The notes: generated by a model not told the origin, from the letters alone. A DNA stretch of 64,000 nt from Lama glama (GCA_028534125.1 CM052817.1:11782001-11846000), one strand, 5' to 3'; shown: positions 36,006 to 50,191, counted from the stretch's first letter. Made by a program: numbers and translations.

Positions 36006-37865
36006 AAAACTAATACCTTTTGAAATTTCTCCTTAGCAACATGTTTCCTTTGTAAAAGCATTTGGTTATTTGGTGCTATTTTTAAATTCAAGGAAATATA
36101 TATTTATTATTGGTATTAAAGTAATATAGTTGAAAAAAATCTACCCACAAACCCACTGTTCTTACATAACTATTTTATTTTCTACATTTCTTTCCCAACT
36201 TTATCCACATATTATACTGATAATTACCAAGGTAAAAAAATTTTATATTTAAACCATACTTTTAAAAAGACTGCATGGACTTTTTTAAATTCAAATAAAG
36301 CCTCTCTGATCTTTAAATTTCTGAATCCATAAATGAACACACAATACAATGGAGCTGAAACAAAGTCTTTACATAATGAAATCTGCGAGGATCTTTATTG
36401 TGGAAAACGACACCCTCTGATAGTCTCCAGTACTCTCCAAAGGCAAAAATAAATTTTAAAAATTATCTTAACGAGCTGAGGGACATAAGTTTCCATCAGG
36501 AATGATTGAGCAGCCGCACCGTCAAGCCTGGGCTATTTGGGAGGAAACAAGATTCCTTCCCCCTCTTTGCTTTGGAGATGACCCCTTCCAGTGCCCTTGT
36601 CCATGGTCTGGAAGTCCTCAAGCAATTCTCCAGCTTGGGTTACCTCTTTCCAGGGTTAAGGAAGATAAGGGGCACAGAACAAAAAGTGACAGGGAGGGCC
36701 AGGAAGGAGTAATTGTGGGGCTCATTGTGACGTGTTATTTCGTGACACTCCAGGGAACACTGGCTGTGTCTGCTTTGGATGGCTGTGATCTCTTTTGGCT
36801 GTAGAGATACTGACACCACCAGCTTTCTACCTGCTGGCTTCAGGGGGCTGGAACCTTATTAAGGTAAATGCTAAGTGCCCCAGGTAGCCAACTTCTGACA
36901 TGGGTGGTTACTATGGAACCATTTGCCCAGCTGGTTACTAAGACAGGGAGGAGGAAAGAGAGGAAGAAAATTAGTCCAGGATGCAGAGCCCCTCCCCCTT
37001 CATTCTGGCTTCATTATGCTTTCAAATTTTAGATTCTGACCTGAGAAATAAAGTAATTCTCTAAAAACTAGAAATCCTCCGGATGTAAATAAAAGGTCCT
37101 GAATGGCATTTTAGTTTTTTTCCCGAATTTATATGCAAATTTCTAATTTACTTTAAGCACACTGTCATGCATTATAATAAAGTCTAATACATGCTTCCAT
37201 GTAATTATGCATAATAACTAGTGATCAGTGGGAGGAGGGAAGGGGATAAGGGAATTGTGTTTCCAGCTGGCCCTCCACACCTGCAAATAACAGACAACTC
37301 CTTTCAGTGTAGAGGAAACAAGATAATGACAGTATGATATTAAATACAAACATTAATTCTTGGGAACAAAACATAAGGAAGAGGTCTATCAATTAAAACG
37401 TGTGATAGTGAGCAACTTAAATTACATTCTGCACCATCTTAAAGAAAAATAAGGACCAAGCAGAATGAAAACCTTAATTTGTTATTTACTGCAACACTCC
37501 TGATGTCATTATTTTTATTTTACTTTTTGAATAAAAATATATGTGGGCCACTTGAATCCTATGTTGAGTTCCACTCTTCATGCTTATTTGGTTTGATTTA
37601 AGAGTCAAATTGCAATAATGTTCTCTCTTGCTCTCTGAAAGGACAATTCAGATTTTAGGGAGAAAAATCTCAGGAGCTCAGTGAAGACTCAGGTTGTGAG
37701 GAAACTAAACAATCTAAGAAATACTTCATGAACAGGAAAGTACAATCCCAACGTAAGAGACTGTTGTTGTCCTGGCTGCTGTCAATGCAAGCTTTGTTAT
37801 ATGAGAGGTATGTAAAGTCATTTGCAGAAAGAATTTCTTAACATGTAGACATGCATTTCCATGTG

Positions 37866-38110
37866 TGAGGCAGTTTAACATAGTGATTAGGGTTTTTCTA
37901 GTCATTCTGATTTGGTTTTGCTTCCTAGCTCTATTAATTATTAACAGTGTGATCTTGGGTATGTTACTTAAGCTTCTCTAAGCCTCAGTTGCCACATCTG
38001 TAAAGCAGGAATAAAAATAACTTTAACTACTTGATAGCATTTTTGTAAGAATCATTTTTGTGAAATAACATATCTGTTACATACCAGGCTTAATTCTTGA
38101 GATCTATAGA
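37866..38110 (+). mobile_element. MIR SINE
   Basis: 'gtgtgatcttgggtatgttacttaagcttctctaagcctcagttgccacatctgtaaagcaggaataa'. Confidence 0.8.
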
Positions 38111-38419
38111 TGATGCTTGTAAATAAATAATTTATTTGTCAATAAAGAATCTATTTTATAAGAATAATCATTTATATCAGAATGCAGGTTCTCCATGTTG
38201 GTTTATATGCATCAGAGGAAATGGCGGATCAATAGACTCCATGGGCTGCAAAAGTTTCTGGTGAATGTTTACATGTATTGTGGTATACAGTAGTCAAGAA
38301 TGAATGTCCACGTAGATCAAAACAGGAGCCAGGTAGTCAAGGATTCAATTCTAGCCTTTTCACTTACTAATTCTGTGATCTTGGGCGCATTGGTTAATTT
38401 CTCTGGGTTACTCAGAGGG

Positions 38420-38445
38420 TATCTATCTATCTATCTATCTATCTA
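38420..38445 (+). repeat. (TATC)n tetranucleotide microsatellite
   Basis: tatctatctatctatctatctatcta. Confidence 0.95.
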
Positions 38446-38499
38446 CCAGATACATACATACAAGCTGTATCAGCTCCACAAGCTACTTTTTACTTTCTG

Positions 38500-41400
38500 T
38501 TGACTTATGGGGAAATGAAAACACAGCCACCTTCCAGTTCCTGGGAAAGTAAATAGGCACTTCTCCTGGTTCCACCCCTTCTTGGCCCTACAGAGAGTAT
38601 CCGGATCTTTAATGTCTCTATTTAGGAGGCCATTAAGTTCCACTGGGGGAGCAATGTGAGACTTGTGGTATTGGAGATTTGGTAAGAGAGAAGGCAGAGG
38701 CATGAAAGGACAACAGGAGGTAGGAAGGTAAAAGGAAGAATGGAGATTTAGAAACTTGAACTCCATAGAGCCAAGTCTCCTAAAGTGCTAAGGCCAGAGG
38801 ACCAGAGACAGTGCTACCAGGAGTGTACTGTGGGAGATTCCAAAAGTGGATGGATTTCTGAATGCATCTCATCACTATAGCCTGGGAAACAGGTCACTTC
38901 AGGAGTAGACTCCTTGCTTGGCTTTAAGGGCTTCATTATTAATACTTTGACCTCTGTGTAAATTTAATCTGTTCTGTGGCTTTGTGTCAACCCTTAGCCC
39001 ACAAGCCTTTGATGACTGAGTGAGGAAATATCTCAGCATCCAGGACACTGGACAGCTCCTGGATATTAAGATACAAAAAGGGATGGGAAAGATTAACTGT
39101 GGTAAAATTAGCGCTAGATTAAACATTTCTCCAGTGTTGCTAAATAAGATTGAAAGCAGGGTTTGCAAGGATCAAAGAATTTAAATGGAACTTGACTAAC
39201 GTGTTCCAGAGCAAACGTCAAGAATTAAAAACAATAACAGAATGTCCATCCCCAACAATGCAAAATTCACAGTTTAGCATTCAAAAAAATTACATGGCAT
39301 GTAAAGGAGTAATGCAAACCATAATGAAGAAAAAAAAACCAGTGAAGCACGACTGACCCCAAAATTATATGGATAAAAATACTAGTAAACAAGGACATTA
39401 AAACAGTTATAACTATGTCCTTATATTCAAGAAGGTAGAAAAACCCTGAGCATGTTAAGGAGAAACATGGAACTTATAACAAAAGACATAAATCAAACTT
39501 TTGGAGGTGATAAAACATTTTTTTGTGTGTGAAAAATACACAGGATGAAATTAACAGAAGATTAGAAACTGCAGAATAAATTTTTTGGTGAACTTAAAGC
39601 CATAGTGATAGAAAATATCCAAAATGAAACAGAGAGGAAAAAAGGCTGAAAAATATAAACAGAGCACTGGTTAGACGAGGGAGATTTTTAAGCAACCTAA
39701 TATACAAAAACTTGAGACCTCAAAGGAGAGGACAGAGAGAGAGAGAAAGAGGGCAGGAAAATATTTTTTAAAAAGTCAATTACTTCTGAATGTTATGAAA
39801 AATAGAAACTCACATATCGAAAAGTGTTAACAAATATCAAGCAAAACTGTACCAGGGCACATTATAATCAAATTGCTTAGAACTAGTGATAAAGAGAAAA
39901 TCTTAAAGTAGCTGTAGAAAAAAAAGACATTATGTACAGAAGAACAACAGAATAGCAGTGGACTCTGCAGTGCTAAGAATACAGGCATGAAGGCAGTGGA
40001 ACAACTTCTTTCAGTACTGAAAGGAAAAACCTGCTAACGTAGAATTCTTACCCAGAGAAGTATCTATCAAAAGGGAAGGGGAAAAATGTCTTCCAGACAT
40101 ACAAAAAATAAAATAACTCATCATCAGCAGTCTTGTATTATGAAAAATATTAAAGAAAATCTTACAGGCAGAAGGAAAATAATACAAACAGAAATCTGTA
40201 TCTACAAAATGTAATAAAGAGCACCAGAAATGGTAAATATGTTGGCAAATATATAATATTTTCTTATATTTTAAATCACTCAGAAAGATAATTGGCCATT
40301 TGATGGAAAAATCATTACAATGTATTATGGGATTTATAACAAATGTAAAAATAAAGTGTATGATACATTTACAAAATGAAAAAAACTGAAGGAGAAATGG
40401 AAATATAGTATTATAAGATTCTAATATTACATATGAAGTTACATAATATTATCTGAATTCACATTTAAGTTAAATTTTTATAATGAAATACTAAAGTACT
40501 ACTAAAAAACCTGTAGCTTATGTGCCAAAAGGAGAAAAATGGAATAATAAAAAAATACATTAAAAATAGGATGTAGAAAAAGAAAAAAATGGAACAAAGA
40601 CTTGATGGGACAAATACAAAATAAATATCAAGATTTTGGATTTAAATACAATTATATCAGTAAGCACATTAAATTTAAATGAACTAAACCTCAAATAAAA
40701 TGGAGAGGTTTCAAATTGGATAAAATGAAAGACCCAGCTATATACTGCCTTCAATATACATACTATAAATACAAAGACACAAATAGATTAAAAGAATAAT
40801 GATGGAAACAAATATACCAGCTAAACTAATCAAAAGAAAGCTGTTTCGTGTTTGACTAAGTAGATTTCAGAGCAAACAGAATGACCAGAGATAGAGAGCT
40901 TAGTTTAATATAGATAAAGAGATAAATTTTCGAAAGGACATATGTATGCTAAACATATTGAGGACATAAATATGCTAAGCATTTTGTGCTTATTCAAAGT
41001 ACATGAACCAAAAACTGATAAACTGTGAGAAAAAATAATCAAATTCACAAATATAGTGGAGATTTCAATACCCTTTCTCAATAATAGGTTGCTGCAAATC
41101 AGTAAGCATTTAGAAGACTTTATTAGCACTGTCAACAACTTGGCCTTATTGACATTTATAAACTATTAACACCCACAAAAGCAGGATATGCATTCTTTTC
41201 AAGTGCACGTGGAACATTTACCAAGATAGAACATATTATAAACTGTAAACCAAATCTGAATAAATATCAAAATATTCAATTCACATAAAGCATGTTCTCT
41301 GACCACATGGACTTTAAAAATCAGTAACACAAAACTCTGAAAAATCCTCAACTATTTTAAAACTAAATAATACACTTTTAAATAACTCATAAGCAAAATT

Positions 41401-42915
41401 AAAAGTATTTTAGACTGAATGAAAATAAGCCCCAACATTTCAAAATTTAGGGAATGCAGATAAAGCAATGATTATGGGGACATTTCTAGCACTGTACAGC
41501 TATACTGGAAAAGAAAGCCTAAAGTCAATGATCTAAGCTTCCATGTTACGACTCTACAATATAGAGTGCAAACTAAACCAAAAATAAGTACAAAAAAAGA
41601 GACAAGAAAGGGCAGAAATAAAAGGCATAAATAAATAGAATAGAAATGAGAAGAATCATCAAAACCAAAAGATGTTTCTTTGAGATCAATAAAATTGACA
41701 AACTCTTGCTAAACAGATCAAGAGAAAAAGAGAGATGTAAGTCATCAATATTTGGAACAAGAAGGGGGCCATTAGTATAGGCATTATGGAAATTAAAGGG
41801 ATAATTAAGGATTATTATTAACTTCATCCTAATAAATCTCATCACTTAGATAAAATGATCAAATTCCTTGAAAGACACAAATTATCTAAGGTTATTTAAA
41901 GAGAATTTGACAAACTTCAAAATCCCTGTATCTAGTATACAGTTTGTGTTTGTTGTTAAAACCTTCTCTGGAAGACAACTCAAGCCTGCATGGCTTCATG
42001 AGTGAGTTTAACTAAACATTCAACTAAGAGATAATGGAAAATCTACAGAAAGTATTCCTGAAAAATTAAGAGGAGAGAACACATCCTAACACATTCTGTG
42101 AGGCCATCATTACCCTGATACCAAAACCAGGCAAAGATAGTATGAGAAAGGAAAGCTAGTATCTCTCATGAACACAGCACATAGGAAAATTTTTATAAAC
42201 ATATGAGAGCTTCTTAACACCATTAGTCATTAGAAAAATGCAAGTTAAGATCACAATGAGATACCACTATGCATCTAGTAGAATGGACACAATTTTTATA
42301 AAGAAATTGAAAATGCCAAGTACTGGTGAGGATTCATCATTGGTGGGATTGTAAACTAGTATAGCCACTTTGGAAAATATCTTAGCAGTTTTTTATAAAG
42401 TTAAACTTACAGTTACCATACAATCTGGAGGTCCCATTCTTACGGGTTTACCCAAGTGAAATGAAAAACCATGTCCTCACAAAAACTTGCACACAAAAAT
42501 TTATAGCCTCCTTATTTGTAATTGCCTCGAACTGGAAGTAACCCAAATATCTCTCAATTGGAGAATGGATAAATAGATTGTGGTTTGTCCATCAAGTGAA
42601 ACAGAAATAGGACTGAACTACTGAAACACAACATGTGGATGAATCCCAAATGCATTATGCTCAGTGATATATTGTATGATTCCCCTTATATGACATTTAA
42701 AAAAAAAACTGGGAAAGAGAATAAATCCGTGGTTGCTGACGGTGATGGGTGGGTGCAAGGGTTGACAGCAGAAGGCCATGGGAAACTGTTTTATATCTTG
42801 CTTGTAGTGGTTACACTACTGTCTGTATTCATCAAAATGTGCAGAACTATACTATAAACAGGGTGAATTTTATTGTGCATAAATTGCAGCTTAAAATTTA
42901 AAAATGTAAAGAAAA
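38500..42915 (+). mobile_element. Ancient L1 (L1MC/MD/ME-type): 5' region, ORF1 and ORF2 remnants with an internal deletion, and 3'UTR
   Basis: ORF1-like 'ggcacattataatcaaattgcttagaactagtgataaagagaaaatcttaaag'; EN-like 'gacccagctatatactgccttcaa' and 'ttcaagtgcacgtggaacatttaccaagatagaacat'; ORF2 end 'cacaatgagataccac'; 3'UTR to about 42915; 5' boundary uncertain. Confidence 0.85.
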
Positions 42916-44454
42916 TTACTCTTAATTTTTAAATGAGGTTTGTAGAAATGATCTGACAATTCCCTCTTTATTGAGAGGCAGAAAGAAAGACCGTAATTAA
43001 AAGTGTTGTATTTGACAAGTAGGGACATGAGAGTGCACAGAAAATGGGTTCCAGTCTTTCCAAGCCAAGTAAGAGTGAGTGTCCTGAAAGGCTTTCTTTC
43101 TGGAGGAAAGAACTAGAACCTCTTGCGTTCGTTAGAAACGCTTCCCCATCCTTCAGTTCTTCAAACGCTGTGGCTGGTTCCTCATGATTAGCTTGAAAGG
43201 AAAGAAATCTTAGGCTACCTTTTTCACAGACAAGGACAATGGACTTCCTTTTTGTCCTTTAATGAGGGCTTCTGTTTCTCTTCTATCCTGTGTTCATAAG
43301 GAAAGCTGCCAAAAACAGCGGAAGGATCCTGAAACAGTATGTTGACATTGGTAAAGACTGATTTTGACATATTCTTCTGACAACCTTTTGATTAATTTTC
43401 TGCTTCATTAAAACCCTTGATTAAATTAAACGGTGTGTAGCGATATCCTTGACAGATTTTGTGTATTAGCAAACAAGTCCTCCAATTCCAAAGGCAGTGT
43501 CAGTACAAGGGCCTCTGCAGCCAGGTTAGTAATTTCTAGGAGCCTGTGGTCATGAAGGGACTGAACTTGCCGCTCGTCCAAAAGCCCAGTTGGATTTGGG
43601 CAGAGAAGCTGATGAGGACACAGAGGAAATCCTGTGTGGACTGGCTTCACCATGCGGAGAGCCCAGCGCTCCTGTGTTGCCCATCCCCCACCCACGCCTC
43701 CCTTGCCTGCATCTGCTCTGCTTCACACAAGACATCACAGTGGAGTACAGTTAAACTCCTGAGCAGCTAATTCCTCCTACCATGTTTAATCCTTGATGTG
43801 TCCCTTTAACACTTGCAGATATAGCTTTGTAGGCATGTTTGTATGTGATGGTTGAAAAATGAAGTGCCAGGGCTCATATCTTGAAAAATTCTAAAAATGA
43901 TAAATTGATCATTTTTAAAGTTCCTCTTTCACCTCTCCCCATATGTTGGATTTAGCAGCACATATGCTGCCGCTGGCATGAAACGGGTCCCTGCATTGTG
44001 TAGAACTCCCAGCATGAGGGTAGGGGGAGCTAATACAAATCAAAGGTCCATAAGAGTATATAAAAATTGACACTTATAAATCCATACATTTATTCCTTAA
44101 GTCAAATTATTTTTTAAATTAAACACATTGACATTCAAATTTCATAGAAAAAATTTAAATTTTCTACCAGGTTCTTTTCTAACAGAACAACCTGACAGAG
44201 GCAGGTTGTGGGTTGCTCACAGTCTCCTGTATTTGTGTGTAAATGGGACTAACACCCTTTCTACCATTGTGATCACTGACATAAGCCAGATGCAGGCTTA
44301 CAGATGTTTTCATAAACAAGAAAACTCTACCACTTTTCTTCACTCGATAGCATCAAAACGAAACGCTAAGCTTCCTACCTTTTGGAGGGGCATCACGTGG
44401 GTTAGTTTATAGTTTTCATGTGAACTTACCTGTTTTGAGTGAGTTAGTTGTTTC

Positions 44455-45175
44455 ATCTGTTTGTTCATTCATTTGGAGTAGCAGAATTTAGTACCTACTA
44501 TGTGCCAAGCATGACCTGGAAATACAGAGATGAAAGACAGGATTTCTGTCTTCAAAAATGTTGCCGGTTGATTCACCAAGAGTAATCAAGGTTAGCACGT
44601 GGGGGTATGGGCGTGCTTAGGAAACAAGATTCAGTGGATTTGGGGAGGTGGTTGACAAAGTCATCCTGGAGTCCCCAGTGCGATGCTGAATCCCGATGGA
44701 TAAGAAGAAGATACCTGTGTTTAAGAGCCTTGGTGAAGTGCTGGAGGAGTGTCAGGAAGAAGAACATGGTGCAGAGATGTAGCTGTACGTCCAAAGCACA
44801 GAGATGCAAAGCAGCAAGTAAGAGCCTGGGGGCAAAGGACACGTATGTGCTGTGGTCAAGGCCTGGCAGATTAGGGGAATATTTCAAGATGAAACTTGGA
44901 GAGGAAAGCAAAAACCAGTTCATGAAGTCTTGTGTGTGGCAAACTAAGAAATGTGAACTTACCTTGGGAACTTCGAGGATCCACTGGAGTATTTTAGGGA
45001 GGGAGCTCATCTGGTTGGAATGTACTTGTCATAAAGGTATCACTGGTAGCAGTGTAGGGGAGTGAAATAAATTTGGGGTTCGAGGGTTAGGGGCGGGAGG
45101 CAATGGAATGAGGTAATAGGAGGCTGAAAAATGTCCAGGTTAGAAACAATGAAAGCTTGAACTAGGAGGAAAGAG
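44455..45175 (-). mobile_element. L2 LINE fragment
   Basis: 'ttcattcattt...tacctactatgtgccaagc...ggaaatacagagatgaaagacag...tccaggttagaaacaatgaaagcttgaactagg'. Confidence 0.75.
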
Positions 45176-45494
45176 AGGAGGGGGTTGCTTAATAAAAACT
45201 GTTGAATTTAATTGAAGGAACAAAAGGAGAGCTGCCATCTGCACTAGTCAAGGATATAGACCTCACAGAAAGGCTTTTAGAAAACGGTATCTCCTAAAGA
45301 TAAAATATAAAACCATCTCCATGGTTACAGCACACAGCCTTGTATTGGGTGATCCCTATCACCGAACATATTGTTTTACCTTGAACACTTTATTTTTACA
45401 CGCACTAGAGTTGTTTGGTAGGAGAGAGAGCGGCAGAAGGGGGTCTGAGGATGTTTGGTAGCTGTGTGGGAGATGTTAGGGTTTGTGCTGTGTG

Positions 45495-45665
45495 TGGAGC
45501 ACTGGGCATTAACTCTTATAATTTTGACAAAAATCTTTTGAAATAGTACTATTGTCAATGCCACGTAAAATTTAAGGAAACTTGGACACAGAGAGATTTA
45601 GTAATTTGACTGACAGCCCACAGTAGCAGGATGAAGAACCAGGATTCCATCTCACAAGTCTTTCT
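45495..45665 (-). mobile_element. MIR SINE
   Basis: 'aggaaacttggacacagagagatttagtaatttg...cagcccacagtag...gaaccaggattcca'. Confidence 0.6.
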
Positions 45666-48489
45666 TTTTTTTAAGATCGCCTTCTCTCATGATGCTTTTC
45701 TGTCATTTTCTCATGTTTTTCCACTGACCTCCTCATTTCATGATTCTATATCTACAACCTGAATAATAGAACAGATATAAAACCTTCAAGAAGATCTTTC
45801 AAGAATCAGCCCGGCATAGTAATTATGAACAAGGGCCATGGAGCCCAATTTCCTGAGTTTTTCTAAGGTCAGAGATTATTCCTCCTTCTCTGTGTCTCTT
45901 CTACCTGCCACAAGGATCACTCTCAAAATGAGCCATTATTTGTGGTAGGAGTGATGTCAACCTCAGGTATGTAGGGTTGAAACAAAGGCTGAAAATCATT
46001 GTCTTAGCCCCACAGCTTGTCAATGAGACAAGAGACCCAAACAGCTTTAGGAAACTGCACAAGATCTCAGAGCAAGTAATTAACAGTATCGGGGCTGGTA
46101 ACTAGGTTTTCTTTAAACATGTTTAATGTTCCTTCCATGACATCATGTTGCCTCTCTCCTTACTATAAATCTCTCTTACGTTTCTAAATTCAATTGCTGA
46201 GTTATAAAAAGTAGGTTGATGTAGATAAATCATTTTTTAAAACATTTGACTGAGAACAAAAGATTATGGCCAAATTAAAACCCTTAAAGGATTCAAGCTC
46301 TAAACTGATTACACTGCCATCTCCTCCCTGTAGATGGTTCAAAAAGAAAATCAATATCAAACCACAATATAAATGTGCGAAATCCAAAAAGGTTGTAATT
46401 TCTAATGCTGAATGACTTCTGTACCTTTTTTTCAAACATCAATACACAGTCCTCTTAAAAAACAAATCAGGATGTCTGGATGTGCTGTTGCTCTAAGTAC
46501 ATTACTACTCGTAGACTAGATCTGTTTCTGTCAAAGGAAAGAGGCACAATGTCACCTGAACCCAGGACATATGTAGCCTGGATGTCATATATGAATTAAT
46601 CCTGCCTATATTCACTTGTTTCAATGTCTTTCTCTGAAAGTATAGCACGCCAAAAGCGTCCAATCACAGAGATTCTGATCTATAAATTAAACACACTATG
46701 GATTACTTTAAAAGACTTCTTTAGCCAGTTTTCTGGGTCACTAGTGAAGGATCGCACTCATGTAGTTCATTCTCAGAATGGCAGTGTGGTCAAAGAAGCA
46801 TGATTCAGCAACAAAGACATTTCAAAGAAACTCTAGTTTCTAATTGCATTGCTCAATCCCCATAAAAAGGCTGGGAGGTACCCTCAGAATCGTTTTATCT
46901 TTCTTTCATCTATTTCTCCTCACACATACCCAGCTGTTCCTGCCCCTCATTTTCACCTAAGCTTCCCTAAAGAATTCCGATCCAGCCTTAGCTCACATAC
47001 TCATGTCCTTAGACTAAATATTGCATTCCTACGTGATCACTGAAGCACAAAATCCAAGAGAAGCCTCCTGGCAAAAATGACTATCGTCAGAAGGTGAAGA
47101 GGGGAGGAGCTGCAGCAGAGAAAGAGACTCCCCTTGGTTGACTTCAAAAGGTAACCCTGGGAACTCTCAGTCATCGATGGTGATTTGTTATATCCTAGCG
47201 TTGCTTTCTCTCCCCTTAACTCACAGCAAGATGTTTGATGTAGGGGGTGCTTTCAACGTTAATGTTAATGTGACTGATGTTGTCCCCTCAGTACCTAACA
47301 CCGGCTTCAGTGTTTAGAGAGCCCCCAGTAGTTCTTAACGACTTGAGGAAAAGAGATTCTTGAAGAAATCCATAAATTTTACACCCGTTTTCCCCTGATT
47401 TTGACATTATCTTCTACAGGCAGACTACATTTTCTAATTTGTCTTTGGCAGACTTGTTCCCCATATCCTGTGGTGAAAGCCAGCATCAACAAAGTGTAGA
47501 CCTTGGAAAGCCATACTCTTTTGACTTTGCAAAGAGTGTGAATGCATGGCTTTATTAAGCTGTATGTTCTGCTGCTTTGGAAGAGATTTTGGCTCCAGTC
47601 TTTGGTTAAGCTTTTAATACTGAGGAATGCCTTATTATTGGCAGTCAATTTCCTTGACTAATAATAAGCTGGTAGAAATTATTCTCATTGCCAGGTTGTA
47701 TTGCTTTGGTCAGGAATACAAATAGCTAAACAGAGGAGCAGTAGATTCAGGGAGACTTCTACTTAAGTTCTGCATTTGGGAAGTTAGTTTATTATTCTGA
47801 AAAAAAGACCTATACTCTTAGTTTTCAACTTTGGAAAGCACTTAAAAGTAGTTTTTGTGCTGAGTTTATGGCCTGATCTCTCAATTTATAGATTGACGTG
47901 TCCTCGTGGATTTTTTTCCTGCAAGCTTGCCTAGAATCCAGATTTTAGTAGAACAGAATCATTATTAAGTAATCATTATTATTTTCTTTAAAATGGAAAT
48001 ATGCAAATTGTCACAAAATAGACTGTGTGTGTGGGTTGGAAGAATTTATTATTAAAAACAATATTGTGTTAAAGTCATTAATAATGTGACAAAAACGTCA
48101 CGATTAAAAATATTTATTGTCTACTTAGACAAAGAGAATTGGATGCTGAGTCAGAAGACCCCAGCCCCCAAGTAGCCAGGTGATTTGGAACAAGTAATGA
48201 CCTATTACTTAATGAAATTTGTAGTGCTAGGTTCTATAATAAACCACCCTTAACATCCCTCCAAAACTCTGATCAGAGTAAGGGTACATGGAATATTGTC
48301 TAATAAAATCATTGAAAGAAAGATCACTGAGGGTTGGGGAATGATACAAAATGGAATCAGGCAGATGTGCTTTCAGTGTCACGCCATGTGGTAGCTCTGT
48401 GGGCTGAGACTTGGTTAATTTATTTAATCTCTAAACCTCAGCACAAGTTTCTCTCCCTTAAAATAACAATAATTAACAAACCCAGTGGC

Positions 48490-48685
48490 CATTCTTTGAG
48501 CATCTACTATCTTAGATATGCCCCACGTATATTCTTCCAGAAAAATTCTGTCAAGTCTCTATTATTTGTATGCAAATTTAAAAGCTTGAATCTCAGAGAT
48601 GTTAAATACTTTGTCCCAGGGGACATAGCTAGTAAGCAGCAGTTTGGAGGTTCAAATCCAGGTCTGCTTGATTTCAAAGATTATG
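48490..48685 (-). mobile_element. MIR SINE
   Basis: 'ctcagagatgttaaatactttgtcccaggggacatagctagtaagcagc...ttcaaatccaggtctg'. Confidence 0.7.
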
Positions 48686-50191
48686 GTCCCTGTTGGCCAC
48701 CCCATTCTCCCTCTTGTAAGGATTGAAAGCAGCTCACATTTGCAAACATTTTCAGGATGGAAAAGAAAACTTAGCACATACATAAGACCATCTCACAAGG
48801 GAGAGCGGGAACACAAGCCGCTAAATCACTCACTGGAGCTCAGGGAAGTCATGAACTGCACAGAACACTAGGCGACCTAACCGCTTAAGACTTTGTAAAT
48901 GCAGAGAACTCATGTCCCAGGGAAGGATCATCTGTTCGTTATTTTGAAGGAGTTGCTGACCTTTTAAGTATACATCAGAGACAAGCCACCAAACAGACAG
49001 GCACAGACTACAATATCCATAGTAGAAGTTCTTTTGCTCTGTGAACAAGCTCTTTGGTCCTCGTGTACCCGGACAGGATTCTGAAGCTTTTAATCACAAT
49101 TTTATCAAACATAGAGCATAGTAGCCTAGAACCTTGGACTGCTTAGGGCATTTTGGAATCATTTGAGTCAATATTCCTATTTTGTTGATTAGGACACTGA
49201 GGTTCAGAGAGGTTAAGGGACTCATCCTGACTTATACACACAATTAATTCTGTGTATTTTGGCTCAAGTGGCCTAGTTATTGATGTCATCCAATGCCTCC
49301 TCTCTGTGATGAACTGACAGAATATCTGAGCACAGAGACTACACTGTAGTCTTTGTTTTAATCTCATACTCTTGGGCACAGGACTGGATCTATGGTAGTT
49401 ATATAATATAAAGTAGTGGGTTCAAATGGAAGATCTGTAGCAATGAATGCTTCAGATCCGTTTTTTTTATGATAAGCAGGACAAGGAAAAAAAAATACTG
49501 AACAAGAAAGGTCTGCCAGAGCATGTCAGATGTGGTTATGTTCTGGTTAGGGGTTAACTGGAACACTCCTGGGTATCACCCTAAGAAATTAACAACCTTT
49601 ATCAAGAGAAGCAGTTTTGACCAGATTATGTTCTTATTCTAGCTAAATGTCCTGCATCTTTCCTTTCATTCCCTCTTTCTTTTGACATCAGAATGATTCT
49701 ACCACCTGCACTATTTATCCAGTCAGAATGTTGTTGTCTTTGGTCTGAGATCCAAAAATACTTTGCTCTTTGTTCTTAGCCCATGTTCTCATAAACTGCA
49801 GGTGCTTCACTCTGCCCCGTGGCATTTTGCTGTTGTTTTGCTTCTGACCTGACTTCCACAACTTACTCTAGCTCTGCCCTGCTTCACACAATAACCGAAG
49901 AGGGAGGAGACAGCCATTGTCCCAGGCCGAGCAGTTGAGAAGGCTGTAATTGGAGAGGAGTTATTTCTTCTATTAAAACAAACATATTCCCCAAGATTTT
50001 AGCAAGAAACAGCTCAATAAACTCACCAGAAGGACAGGAATACAGGCAGGGTTTTTTTTTTTTTTGGTTAACTTTTAAAGTAAATATTTGTTGCCCCCCT
50101 CCCCCCAATTATTGATGGTGATGGGTTGATAGGATTGATGTTGAAAAGTCCTGTCTGCAGTCAGCTTAGGGTGGAGTGAGCAAACGAGCAC

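Noticed and set aside
36805..36863. Possible 59-nt plus-strand exon (ctcttttggctgtag|...AAG|gtaaat)
   Set aside because: Splice signals are mediocre and there is no other support
44573..45065. Longest non-gap ORFs (145 and 152 aa, opposite strands)
   Set aside because: Lie within an L2 remnant; no recognisable protein
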